The notes beneath the pieces are model-generated. The model was given only the letters and a program-made list of their open reading frames with translations, was not told the origin of the DNA and did no database searches. Below are positions 29,146 through 38,546 of a DNA stretch of 64,000 bases, one piece after another; within the stretch, counting starts at the first letter, position 1; each line of letters opens with the position of its first letter. The DNA lies in the NCBI GenBank assembly GCA_963667785.2, contig CAXXMU010000002.1, forward strand, positions 320,001 to 384,000. Reading direction: 5' to 3'. The position numbers and the translations under genes are program-made. This DNA is from Alphaproteobacteria bacterium. GTDB lineage: Bacteria; Pseudomonadota; Alphaproteobacteria; UBA828.

Positions 29146-29216
29146 AGGAGTTGACGGATACGCGACAGGCCGCTCGCTTCCGCGCCGCTTCGCACCGTGC
29201 TAAAAGCCGCCTCGCC

Positions 29217-29290
29217 TGGGGCGTAGCCAAGCGGTAAGGCAACGGGTTTTGGTCCCGTGATCCCAGGTTCGAATCCTGGCGCCCCAGCCA
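29217..29290 (+). tRNA. tRNA-Gln(TTG)
   Basis: TGGGGCG/CGCCCCA acceptor stem, ACGGG-TTTTGGT-CCCGT anticodon arm, GGTTCGAATCC T-loop, encoded CCA. Confidence 0.97.
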
Positions 29291-29342
29291 CGCCCTGCCG
29301 CCGGCACCTGAGGAGAGGGCCGATCGCCCGCCGCGATACCCC

Positions 29343-30698
29343 ATGATCCCGCGCTATTCACGCCCGGAGATGGCTGCGGTCTGGGCGCCGGAAACCCGCT
29401 TCGCCATCTGGCTGGAGATCGAGCGCCACGCGCTGGACGCCCAGGTCGCGCGCGGCGAGGCGCCGCAGGCGGCGGCGGACGCGCTCGCCCGCGCGATCCG
29501 CGAGCACGGCGACGCCCTCGTCGACCCCGCCCGAATCGAGGCGATCGAGCGTGAGACCCGCCACGATGTGATCGCCTTCCTCACCAACCTCGCCGACCAT
29601 GTGGGGCCCGACGCCCGCTTCATCCATCAGGGCCTCACCTCGTCCGACGTCCTCGATACCTGCCTCGCCGTGCAGCTCGACCGGGCCGGCGCCCTGCTGG
29701 AGCAGGGCATCGCCGCCGTGGCGGCAGCGCTGGAGCGCCGCGCCTTCGAGCACAGGCACACGCTTTGCGTCGGCCGCAGCCACGGCGTCCATGCCGAGCC
29801 CACGAGCTTCGGCCTCAAGCTCGCCGGCCACCATGCGGAGTTCGCCCGCGCCGGCGAGCGCATGAGGGTTGCACGGCGCGAGATCGCCACCTGCGCCATC
29901 TCCGGCCCGGTCGGCACCTTCGCGAGCGTGGCGCCCGAGGTCGAGGCGCATGTCGCCGCCGAGATGGGGCTCGCGCCGGAGCCGGTCTCGACCCAGGTCA
30001 TCCCGCGCGACCGCCACGCCATGTACTTCGCCGTGCTCGGCGTCGTTGCCGGCGCGGTGGAGCGGCTCGCGGTCGAGATCCGGCATCTGCAGCGGAGCGA
30101 GGTGGGGGAGGCGGCGGAGGCCTTCGGCAAGGGGCAGAAGGGCTCGTCCGCCATGCCCCATAAGAAGAACCCCATCCTGAGCGAGAACCTGACCGGGCTC
30201 GCCCGCGTCGTGCGCGCGGCCGTGACTCCGGCGCTGGAGAACGTCGCGCTCTGGCACGAGCGCGACATCAGCCATTCCGCCGTGGAGCGGGTCTTCGCGC
30301 CGGACGCGACCATCGCGCTGGACTTCGCGCTCAGCCGGCTCGCTGGCGTCGTCGACGGCCTCGTGGTGGATGCCGCGGCCATGCGGCGCAATCTCGAGAG
30401 CCGCGGCGGGCTGGTCTACAGCCAGCGCGTGCTGCTGGCGCTGGTCGAACGCGGGATCGGCCGCGAGGATGCTTACGCCATCGTTCAGGAGATAGCGCTC
30501 GACGTGTGGGAGGAGGGCGGCGACTTCGAGGCCGCGCTCGCCGCCGACGTGCGGGTCGCGGCCGTGCTCGACCGCGCCGCGCTCGCCGAGCTGTTCCGGC
30601 CCGAGCCCTGTCTCCAGCATGTCGATACGATCTTCGAGCGCGTCTTCGGGCGCATCACGGACGAATCAACCGAGAAGGAAGGGAGTGGACGTTCATGA
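29343..30698 (+). CDS. purB: Adenylosuccinate lyase
   Basis: MIPRYSRPEM, TRHDVIAF, GRSHGVHAEP, SSAMPHKKNP signature. Confidence 0.96.
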   Translation: MIPRYSRPEMAAVWAPETRFAIWLEIERHALDAQVARGEAPQAAADALARAIREHGDALVDPARIEAIERETRHDVIAFLTNLADHVGPDARFIHQGLTSSDVLDTCLAVQLDRAGALLEQGIAAVAAALERRAFEHRHTLCVGRSHGVHAEPTSFGLKLAGHHAEFARAGERMRVARREIATCAISGPVGTFASVAPEVEAHVAAEMGLAPEPVSTQVIPRDRHAMYFAVLGVVAGAVERLAVEIRHLQRSEVGEAAEAFGKGQKGSSAMPHKKNPILSENLTGLARVVRAAVTPALENVALWHERDISHSAVERVFAPDATIALDFALSRLAGVVDGLVVDAAAMRRNLESRGGLVYSQRVLLALVERGIGREDAYAIVQEIALDVWEEGGDFEAALAADVRVAAVLDRAALAELFRPEPCLQHVDTIFERVFGRITDESTEKEGSGRS

Positions 30699-31441
30699 TC
30701 GAGATGCAGGACCACATTGCGGTCATCACCGGCGCCGGCAGCGGGTTCGGCGAGGCCACGGCGTATAGGCTCGCGCGCGAGGGGATGCCGATCCTCTGCC
30801 AGGACATCAACGAGGAGAACGCCGAGCGGACCGCCGCCAAGGTGCGCGAGGGCAACGGCCGGGCCGCGGCAGTCGGCGGTGACGTCTCCAGCGAAGCGGA
30901 CGTGAAGGCGGTGTTCGAGGCCTGCCGGCAGTCCTTCGGCGACTGCACGCTGCTCTTCGCCAACGCCGGCTACGCCCGTCTCTCGCCCTTCGTCGAGATG
31001 CCGACCGAGGAGTTCGACCGCATGGTGGCGGTGCTGCTGCGCGGCGTCTTCCTCTGCGACCGCGAGGCGCTCGGCCCGATGCTGGAGAAGGGCGAAGGCG
31101 TCATCATCAACACCGCCTCGCAGCTCGGCCACAAGGGGGCCTTCGAGATGGCTCACTATGCGGCGGCGAAGGCCGGCGTGATCGGGCTCACCAAGTCGCT
31201 CGCGCTCGAGGTCGCGAGCCGCGGCGTCCGCGTCAACGCCATCGGCCCCGGCCCCTGCAACACCCCGATCCTCGACGACATCTCCGACGAGTGGAAGGAG
31301 AGGAAGGCCGCCGAGCTGCCGCTCGGACGCTTCGGCGAGGCCTGGGAGATCGCGGAGACGGTGGCCTTTCTCGCAGGCCCCGGCGGCGGCATCTACGTCG
31401 GCCAGACCCTCGGCCCCAACTCCGGCGACGTCATGCTGTGA
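30695..31441 (+). CDS. SDR oxidoreductase (FabG-like)
   Basis: TGAGSGFG, NAG, YAAAK, NAIGPG; start overlaps the purB stop. Confidence 0.9.
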   Translation: MIEMQDHIAVITGAGSGFGEATAYRLAREGMPILCQDINEENAERTAAKVREGNGRAAAVGGDVSSEADVKAVFEACRQSFGDCTLLFANAGYARLSPFVEMPTEEFDRMVAVLLRGVFLCDREALGPMLEKGEGVIINTASQLGHKGAFEMAHYAAAKAGVIGLTKSLALEVASRGVRVNAIGPGPCNTPILDDISDEWKERKAAELPLGRFGEAWEIAETVAFLAGPGGGIYVGQTLGPNSGDVML

Positions 31442-31471
31442 CGGCCGCCGTGCCGCGAGCTCGCGTCCGCG

Positions 31472-31654
31472 TCAGGCGCCCTCGCAGTCGCCGTCCCGCA
31501 CCGGCGGCGACGGCGCGGTGGCGGCGCGCGCTCTCTTCTGGCGCTTGCGCCGGCGCAGGTTCTCGCGGAGCGCCGCGGCGAGCCGTGTCTCGCGCTCGCG
31601 GCTCTTGGCGCCCGGGGGCGCCTGCGGCTCGTCCTTGCGGCGGTCCGTCGCCAT
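31472..31654 (-). CDS. Small basic hypothetical protein
   Basis: RLAAALRENLRRRKRQ resembles a recurrent small alphaproteobacterial protein. Confidence 0.55.
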   Translation of the reverse strand: MATDRRKDEPQAPPGAKSRERETRLAAALRENLRRRKRQKRARAATAPSPPVRDGDCEGA

Positions 31655-31728
31655 GACGCTTGCCACGGTAGCACGGATGACCGAGCCTCGCGGCGCCGGG
31701 CGGGGACTCGCCGGGGAGAGAGGGTGAC

Positions 31729-33036
31729 ATGGCCGATCCGCTCGCCTTCAAGCGCGACACGCTCAGCCTGCACGCCGGGCAGAAGCCGGACCCGGCGACC
31801 GGCGCGCGCGCCGTGCCGATCTATCAGACCACCTCCTTCGTGTTCGACGACACCGAGCAGGCGGCCTCGCTCTTCAACCTGGAGCGCGCCGGCCACATCT
31901 ATTCGCGCATCTCGAACCCGACGGTGGCAGTGCTGGAGGAGCGGATCGCGGCGCTCGAAGGCGGCGTCGGCGCGGTCTGCACCGCGAGCGGGCAGGCGGC
32001 GCTCCATCTCGCGGTGGCGACGCTGATGGACGCCGGCGGCCATATCGTCTCGTCCGCCTCGCTCTACGGCGGCAGCCACAACCTCTTCACCCACACCCTG
32101 CCGCGCTTCGGCATCGAGACGAGCTTCGTCGACCCGCGCGACACCGAGGGGTTCCGCCGGGCGATCCGCCCCGAGACGCGCCTCGTCTTCGGCGAGACGC
32201 TGGGCAATCCCGGCCTCGAGATCATGGACTTGCCGGCGGTCGCCGCCATCGCCCACGAGGCCGGCGTGCCGCTGATGCTCGACAACACCTTCGCCACGCC
32301 CTGCCTCTGCCGGCCCTTCGAGCTGGGCTGCGACATCGTCATGCACTCGGCGACGAAGTTCCTGGGCGGCCACGGCGTCGCCATCGGCGGCGTGCTCGTC
32401 GATGCCGGCACCTTCGACTGGGAGGCCTCGGGCCTCTTCCCGACGCTCACCGAGCCCTATGCCGGCTATCACGGCATCGACTTCGCCGAGGAGTTCGGGC
32501 CGGCGGCCTTCATCGCCCGCGCACGCGCCGAGGGGCTGCGCGACTTCGGCGCCTGCATGAGCCCGACCAACGCCTTTCACATCCTCCAGGGCGTGGAGAG
32601 CCTTCCGGTCCGCATGGCGCGGCATGTCGAGAACGCGCGCAAGATCGTCGTTTTCCTGGACGGACACGATGCGGTCTCGTGGGTGAGCTACCCGGAGCTC
32701 CCCTCGCATCCCGATCACGAGCGGGCGAAGACGCTGTTGCCGGCGGGCGCGGGCGCGATCTTCTGCTTCGGCGTGAAGGGCGGGCGCGAGGCGGGCCGGG
32801 CCTTCATCGAGGCAGTGGAGCTTCTCTCCCACCTCGCCAACGTGGGCGATGCGAAGAGCCTCGTCATCCATCCCGCCAGCACCACCCATCAGCAGATGGA
32901 TGCCGCGGCGCTCGAAGCCGCCGGCGTCGGCGAGGACATGGTGCGGCTCTCGATCGGGCTCGAGGACCCGGAGGATCTCATCGCCGATCTCGAGCGCGGC
33001 TTGCGGGCGGCCGCGCGCGCGGCCGGGGGGCGCTGA
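31729..33036 (+). CDS. O-acetylhomoserine aminocarboxypropyltransferase (MetY/Cys-Met PLP family)
   Basis: PIYQTTSF, YSRISNPT, DNTFAT, HSATKFLGGHG, HPASTTHQQ. Confidence 0.92.
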   Translation: MADPLAFKRDTLSLHAGQKPDPATGARAVPIYQTTSFVFDDTEQAASLFNLERAGHIYSRISNPTVAVLEERIAALEGGVGAVCTASGQAALHLAVATLMDAGGHIVSSASLYGGSHNLFTHTLPRFGIETSFVDPRDTEGFRRAIRPETRLVFGETLGNPGLEIMDLPAVAAIAHEAGVPLMLDNTFATPCLCRPFELGCDIVMHSATKFLGGHGVAIGGVLVDAGTFDWEASGLFPTLTEPYAGYHGIDFAEEFGPAAFIARARAEGLRDFGACMSPTNAFHILQGVESLPVRMARHVENARKIVVFLDGHDAVSWVSYPELPSHPDHERAKTLLPAGAGAIFCFGVKGGREAGRAFIEAVELLSHLANVGDAKSLVIHPASTTHQQMDAAALEAAGVGEDMVRLSIGLEDPEDLIADLERGLRAAARAAGGR

Positions 33037-33038
33037 CC

Positions 33039-33833
33039 GTGGAGCTCACCGTAAACGGCGCGCAAGCCTTCGCCGCGACCGGCGGGCGGCCCTTCGATCC
33101 CGCCCTGCCGGTGACGGTGTTCGTTCACGGCGCCGCCTTCGATCACACGGTCTGGAAGCTCCAGTCCCGTTACTTCGCCTGGCACGGCGGCAGCGTGCTC
33201 GCGGTCGACCTGCCTGCGCACGGCCGCTCGCACGGGCCGCCCAGGCCGTCGATTCCGGCGATGGTGGACTGGCTGATGGCGCTGCTGGACGAAGCGCAGG
33301 TCGGCGAAGCCGCGCTGGTCGGCCACAGCATGGGCGCGCTGGTCACGCTGGAGGCCGCGGCGCGCAACGCCTCGCGGGTCCGCAAGCTCGCGCTGCTCGG
33401 CGCCGCCGCCGCGATCCCGGTCAACGACCTGCTGCTCGGCACCTCGGCCGAGAACGATCACCATGCGCTGGAGCTGCTCACCGGCTGGGGCTACGGCCGT
33501 CGCGCGCACTATGGCGGCCATCGCATGCCGGGCATGTGGATGACCGGCGGTGGGTTGCGCACGCTGGAGCGTGCGGCGGCGGGCGTGCTGCACACCGATC
33601 TGGTGGCGACCAACGACTACGACGGCGGCGAGGCCGCTGCCGCGGCGGTCGCGTGTCCCGCGCTGGTGCTGATCGGCGCGCGCGACCTGATGACGCCGGC
33701 GAAGCGGGGGATGGCGCTGGCCGGCCTCATGGCAAGCGCGACCAGCGTGGTGATTCCCGAGGTCGGCCACATCATGCTCGACGAGGCGCCGGACGAGACC
33801 CTCGACGCGCTCCGGGATTTCCTCGCGGATTAG
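33039..33833 (+). CDS. Alpha/beta hydrolase
   Basis: FVHGA, DLPAHGRS, GHSMG nucleophile elbow, GH near C-terminus. Confidence 0.88.
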   Translation: MELTVNGAQAFAATGGRPFDPALPVTVFVHGAAFDHTVWKLQSRYFAWHGGSVLAVDLPAHGRSHGPPRPSIPAMVDWLMALLDEAQVGEAALVGHSMGALVTLEAAARNASRVRKLALLGAAAAIPVNDLLLGTSAENDHHALELLTGWGYGRRAHYGGHRMPGMWMTGGGLRTLERAAAGVLHTDLVATNDYDGGEAAAAAVACPALVLIGARDLMTPAKRGMALAGLMASATSVVIPEVGHIMLDEAPDETLDALRDFLAD

Positions 33834-33978
33834 CGCGTTTCCGCTTCACACGGAAACGCGCTCGCTCTTTGTCGCTCACGGCAGCCGGCCTTCAGCCGGC
33901 GCCTCCGCGAGGGCGCCGCATGCGCGGCGGGCCGCAGTCGCGGCCTGTCGCGTGTCCGCCAAAAGCGGACACGCGCTA
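33831..33978 (-). repeat. Dispersed multi-hairpin repeat, copy B, filling the gap between two convergent genes
   Basis: Reverse complement matches 28850-28992; both flanking TAG stop codons abut its terminal hairpins. Confidence 0.8.
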
Positions 33979-34665
33979 AATCACCAGGCGGTAGCCGCCG
34001 CCCTCGGTGACCAGCAGGCGGGGATCGGAGGGCTCCGGCTCGATCTTCTGCCGCAGCCGGTAGATGTGGGTTTCCAGCGTGTGGGTGGCGACGTTGGCGT
34101 TGTAGCCCCACACCTCGCTCAGCAGCACGTCGCGGGCGATCGCCCGGTCGCGCGCCCGGTAGAGGTACTTGAGGATCGCCGCCTCCTTCTCGGTGAGCCT
34201 GATCTTGCCGGTGCCGTTCGGCCGGATCAGCAGCTTCGACGCCGGCCTGAAGGTGTACTGGCCGATGGTGAAGGTCGCGTCCTCGCTGTGCTCGTGCTGG
34301 CGAAGCTGGGCGCGGATGCGCGCGAGCAGCGCGCCGAGGCGGAAGGGCTTGGTGACGTAGTCGTTGGCGCCGGAATCGAGGCCGAGGATGGTGTCGGCCT
34401 CGCTGTCGGCGGCGGTCAGCATGATGATCGGCACGGCGATCCCGCTCCGGCGCACGAGCTTGCAGACCTCCCGGCCATCCATGTCGGGCAGCCCGATGTC
34501 CAGCAGGATCAGGTCGAAGCCCCCGCCCTTGACCGCTTCCAGCGCCTCCCGGCCGGTGGCCGCCTCGCTCGCCGCGAACTCCTCGTACATGTGGAGCTGC
34601 TCGGCCAAGGACCGGCGCAGCGCCTGGTCGTCGTCGACGATGAGGATGGTCTTGCGGGCGCTCAC
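33976..34665 (-). CDS. OmpR-family response regulator
   Basis: ILIVDDD, LLDIGLPDMDG, DYVTKPF, LETHIYRLRQKIE, GGYRL. Confidence 0.93.
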   Translation of the reverse strand: MSARKTILIVDDDQALRRSLAEQLHMYEEFAASEAATGREALEAVKGGGFDLILLDIGLPDMDGREVCKLVRRSGIAVPIIMLTAADSEADTILGLDSGANDYVTKPFRLGALLARIRAQLRQHEHSEDATFTIGQYTFRPASKLLIRPNGTGKIRLTEKEAAILKYLYRARDRAIARDVLLSEVWGYNANVATHTLETHIYRLRQKIEPEPSDPRLLVTEGGGYRLVI

Positions 34666-34839
34666 GGCAGCGTTCCCATGGCGGCGTTCAGTCTTTCGCC
34701 GCACTATAGCACGACGCCGGCCCGTTGGAGGTGCCTGCGCAGGTGGCCGGCCTGCGGGCTGCCGGCATTCCCGCGCGGCGAGCGCCGTGATAGGGTGCGG
34801 CGAACTCTCCGGCGTTCACCCTATCAGGCGGGAATCATT

Positions 34840-35724
34840 ATGAAAGCGCTCCCCGCAACGCTTCTTGCGATCGCACTCGCGTCGACCCTTGCCGCCTGCG
34901 GGGGCGGGGGCAAGCGAGCGCCCAGCATCGAGGAAATCCGGGAGCTGACCGGCCTGTCCGCGCCGGCCGAGACGCCGGGGGCCCAGCGCGTGCGAGCGCC
35001 GGACATCGAAGCGCGCGCCGATTCCCTGATCCTGTCCACGGTACACGGGGAGACGAGCCTCGCCGAGGTTCCCACTTTTCGATTGGAGTCACGATGCAGC
35101 GGAACCCGGTGCACGATATCCGAGTCGAGCATCGGCCTCTCAGACACCATAGAGCTGTCCGACCTCGAGCCCGTGGAAGGCGCCGCCGACGCGATCGGTA
35201 CCAGGTACGGCATCACCCTGATGTCGCAGACCGCGGAGCTGATGGACGCGAGATTCGTTTCGTTCGGCGCGTGGATGGAGCACGGCGCATTCGCGGTCCA
35301 GACCGAGGACGGCACGCTTGAAGGGACCAGGATCAGCGCCCGCTACGCAGCGGCCGGGGGAGACCTCACGGGAGCGGCGCCGGCCGGGAGCGCAACCTGG
35401 CGCGGCCTCATGGTCGGAACGCCGGCCACGGGGAGCAGCCGCGGCGACCGGCTGCAGGGTATTGCGGCCCTGAACTACGACATGAATGCCGGCGGCGGGC
35501 TCGACGTCGCCTTCAGCAGCATCACGAACATCGAGCGCGGAACGGCGCACTCGACGGCCACCGTGATCTTCGCCGACGTGCCGATCGGGTCGGACGGGAC
35601 GTTCGAGACCGGCTTGGCCGGCAACCGCATCCAGGGCGGCTTCTACGGCCCCGGCCACGCCGAGGCGGCGGGCATCTTCGAGCAGTCGAACATCGTCGGC
35701 GCGTTCGGGGCGACGCTCCAGTAG
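34840..35724 (+). CDS. Lipoprotein with TbpB-like C-terminal beta-barrel
   Basis: Lipobox LAAC; GSATWRGLMVG and IQGGFYGPGHAEAAGIF...GAFGA barrel motifs. Confidence 0.72.
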   Translation: MKALPATLLAIALASTLAACGGGGKRAPSIEEIRELTGLSAPAETPGAQRVRAPDIEARADSLILSTVHGETSLAEVPTFRLESRCSGTRCTISESSIGLSDTIELSDLEPVEGAADAIGTRYGITLMSQTAELMDARFVSFGAWMEHGAFAVQTEDGTLEGTRISARYAAAGGDLTGAAPAGSATWRGLMVGTPATGSSRGDRLQGIAALNYDMNAGGGLDVAFSSITNIERGTAHSTATVIFADVPIGSDGTFETGLAGNRIQGGFYGPGHAEAAGIFEQSNIVGAFGATLQ

Positions 35725-35797
35725 GAAGGGGGCCGTACGCCGGTTGTCGGGATGGCAACAGGGGGCGGCGCGAGCCCCTGGACCGAAGGGCGCAAGA

Positions 35798-35823
35798 GAA
35801 AACTCCGGACGTCCGGGGCTTTC
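35798..35823. terminator. Putative bidirectional intrinsic terminator
   Basis: GAAAACTCCGGAC/GTCCGGGGCTTTC imperfect palindrome with A/T ends. Confidence 0.5.
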
Positions 35824-35856
35824 TGGACCTCTGCGGGAACCCGCGGTCTACCGGAA

Positions 35857-35870
35857 TGGTGGAGGCGGGG
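35857..35870 (-). other. Possible att site: tRNA/tmRNA 3'-end fragment CCCCGCCTCCACCA
   Basis: Minus strand reads CGCCTCCACCA, followed by a terminator-like hairpin; an AT-rich stretch lies on the island side. Confidence 0.4.
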
Positions 35871-36291
35871 TCTGCCAAGAAATGCACGCAACATAGTGAT
35901 ATAGAGTTCTATTCTTAGATATCGGTTCGCTCGCCCCCATAGTCGTGCCCACGCTGGAGGCGAGCAGAGGCGCAACCCGCAACGGTGGGTTCTACAATGA
36001 AATCTTATGGGTGCTATCAGCATGATGTCTTGGACGCTATATGATCGAATTGCATAGATTGCGTCTTGTCTGGAGTCGTACCGGCCCCGTCGGTACCGCG
36101 ACCTTCCCGAAGTTGGAGGCACAGGCATGGAGATTCGCGGCAGGTGGGAGCGCGAAGGGGCGCGCATTCGCGCCGCCGCAGGAGCCCTCGTGATGCCGGC
36201 GGGCGGGCGCGCGACGTTGCCGGCGGGGCCTCTCGGGCATCCCGCGACATGGGATCGGTCCCCCCGGTCCGCCTGACGGGAATCGACGTCG

Positions 36292-37452
36292 ATGACTTCG
36301 GGATCGAGCATACCGGCGGGTTCTTCGACGCCGCCCGTGTTCGTGACCGGTTCGGCCGGGCATGTCGGCGCCAACCTCGTGCGCCGGCTGCTCGACGAGG
36401 GCGTGCCGGTCCGGGTGCTGCTGAGACACGGCGACAACAACGAGGGCCTGGAGGGTCTCGAGGTCGAGCGCGCCTACGGCGACATTCGCGATCTGGATGA
36501 CACCAGGCGGGCGATCGCGGGGTGTCGGGGCGTCTATCACTGCGCGGCCTACGTCTCGACCATCGCAGGCAACCGCGCCCATCGCCGCGACCTGTTCGAG
36601 TGCAACGTTCTCGGCACCCGCAACGTGCTGCAGGCGGCGCGGGAGGCGGAGGCCGGCCGGGTGGTCGTGACGGGCTCGTTCAGCGCGGTCGGATACGACC
36701 TGGACGATCCGTCCGCTCCCAGCAACGAGACCATGCAGTTCTATCCCATGGAGCGCACGATGCCCTACGAGCGCAGCAAGTCGCTCGTCGAGCAGGAGTG
36801 CTGGCGCGCGGCGGCAACGGGACAGGACGTGGTGGTCGCAACCTGTTGCGCGGTGGTGGGGGGCGCCGACTTTCTCCCCTCGCGGCTGGGAAGAACCCTG
36901 TGCGACTACACCAACGGCAAGCTCCGTGCCTATGTCGATGGCGGGTTCGAGTTCGTCGCGGCCCGCGACATCGTCGAGGGGCACCTGCTCTGCATGCGCC
37001 ACGGCCGCTCGGGCGAGAAGTACATCTTCAGCACAGAGTACAAGACCATCTCGGATATCCTGGATCTCTTCGAGGAGGTCTCGGGCGTCCCGCGGCCGCG
37101 CCGGCGCATGCCGACCCGCCTCATGCTCGTCTTTTCGGAAATCGCGAGCTTCTATCTGAGCCGGGTCCACCCGGGCTTTCCCCAGCGCTTCACGCCCGGC
37201 GCCATCCGCCTGTTGCAAAAGCGCCGGCACGCCGACATCGGCAAGGCGAAGCGGGAGCTCGGCTATCGGCCGACCGGCCTCCGCGCCGCGGTGCACGAGG
37301 CCTACGCGTTCCACTACGGCCGCGACAAGATCGCGAACCCGCACGCGAAGCGCCCGCGCGAGGACGACGCGAGGCACCGTGTCGCGTCAGAGGAGGGCGA
37401 TCCCGCGCCGGACCAGGGCATGCGGATGATGGCAGGCGGGAGCGCGACATGA
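36292..37452 (+). CDS. NAD(P)-dependent 3-beta-HSD/epimerase family protein, SdmB-like sterol C-4 demethylation reductase/decarboxylase
   Basis: VTGSAGHVG, YERSK extended-SDR motifs; ATGA overlap with the Rieske gene; sterol gene context. Confidence 0.72.
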   Translation: MTSGSSIPAGSSTPPVFVTGSAGHVGANLVRRLLDEGVPVRVLLRHGDNNEGLEGLEVERAYGDIRDLDDTRRAIAGCRGVYHCAAYVSTIAGNRAHRRDLFECNVLGTRNVLQAAREAEAGRVVVTGSFSAVGYDLDDPSAPSNETMQFYPMERTMPYERSKSLVEQECWRAAATGQDVVVATCCAVVGGADFLPSRLGRTLCDYTNGKLRAYVDGGFEFVAARDIVEGHLLCMRHGRSGEKYIFSTEYKTISDILDLFEEVSGVPRPRRRMPTRLMLVFSEIASFYLSRVHPGFPQRFTPGAIRLLQKRRHADIGKAKRELGYRPTGLRAAVHEAYAFHYGRDKIANPHAKRPREDDARHRVASEEGDPAPDQGMRMMAGGSAT

Positions 37453-38546
37453 AGGCGGCGCTACGCGAACCGCCCGGCTTCGAGGATGCCGGCAACCTGC
37501 GCCAGCAGGCGCGCGCCGCGGGCATGGACCCGAATTACTGGTATCCGGTCGAGGAGGTGCGCCGGATCAAGCCGGAGACGGTGGTCGAGGTCGTTTTCTG
37601 GAAGCGCTCCATCGCGCTCTTTCGCGGAAGGGACGGCACCTTCCAGGCGGTCGAGGATCGCTGCGCGCATCGCCAGCTCAAGCTCTCCCTCGGCGACGTG
37701 CAGGGATGCCGGCTGGTCTGCGCCTATCATGGCTGGGAGTACGGCGGGGAGGGGCGTCCCGCCGGGGTGCCCCACGACCCCGAGGGGCGAAGCTTTCCGA
37801 AACTCGCGCTCAAGACCTACCCGGTGAAGGTCCGCTACGGTCTGATCTGGCTCTTCCCGGGGGATCCGGCGCTGGCGGAGGTACGCCGGATCCCGGATAT
37901 TCCCGAGCTCGAGGGACGCGGCCGCTGGGCCTGCGTGCCGCTCTGCTTCACGTGGTCGGCTCACCACTCGATGGTGATCGACAACGTGAGCGACTTCACC
38001 CACGCACATCTGCACCGCCGCTACCGGCCCTTCGACGGGGCCACCCTCACCCGCTGCGAGACCCTCGGCGACAACGTGCATCTCGCCTACGACACGCACG
38101 TCGGGCGCGGGCGTATCTCCGGACTCTTCGTCGATCATCGGCGGCTCGATACCAACCGCATGGAGCTCTGCTACGAGTACCCCTACCAGTGGTCGAACAC
38201 CGACGACGCGATCAAGCACTGGCTCTTCGTGCTGCCGGTCGATGAGCGCACCAGCCGGGTGTTCTTCCTGTTCTACTTCAAGTCTCTGAAGGTTCCGTTG
38301 CTGCCCGTGCGCATTCCCCGCTTCGCCATGACCGCGGTGATGAAGGTCTCCAACCGCCTGCTCATCGCGCCCCTGCTCACCCAGGACCAGTTCGCGCTGG
38401 AGGCGGAGCAGGAGGGTTACGAGAAACACTGGGAGGCCCGTCCCGTCGAGTTCAATCCGGTGGTCAAGGCCTTTCAGAAGGTGACCGTGCGCAAGTGGCA
38501 GGAGCATCTGGCGCGCGAGACGGAGGCCGGCGATGCCGCCGCCTGA
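37449..38546 (+). CDS. Rieske non-heme iron oxygenase, SdmA-like sterol C-4 methyl oxidase
   Basis: CAH...CAYHGW Rieske ligands; DNVSDFTHAHLH mononuclear iron motif; sterol gene context. Confidence 0.75.
   Translation: MKAALREPPGFEDAGNLRQQARAAGMDPNYWYPVEEVRRIKPETVVEVVFWKRSIALFRGRDGTFQAVEDRCAHRQLKLSLGDVQGCRLVCAYHGWEYGGEGRPAGVPHDPEGRSFPKLALKTYPVKVRYGLIWLFPGDPALAEVRRIPDIPELEGRGRWACVPLCFTWSAHHSMVIDNVSDFTHAHLHRRYRPFDGATLTRCETLGDNVHLAYDTHVGRGRISGLFVDHRRLDTNRMELCYEYPYQWSNTDDAIKHWLFVLPVDERTSRVFFLFYFKSLKVPLLPVRIPRFAMTAVMKVSNRLLIAPLLTQDQFALEAEQEGYEKHWEARPVEFNPVVKAFQKVTVRKWQEHLARETEAGDAAA

Noticed and set aside
29217-29290. tRNA-Gln as an integration site
   Set aside because: No duplicated 3' end or integrase seen; purB follows directly
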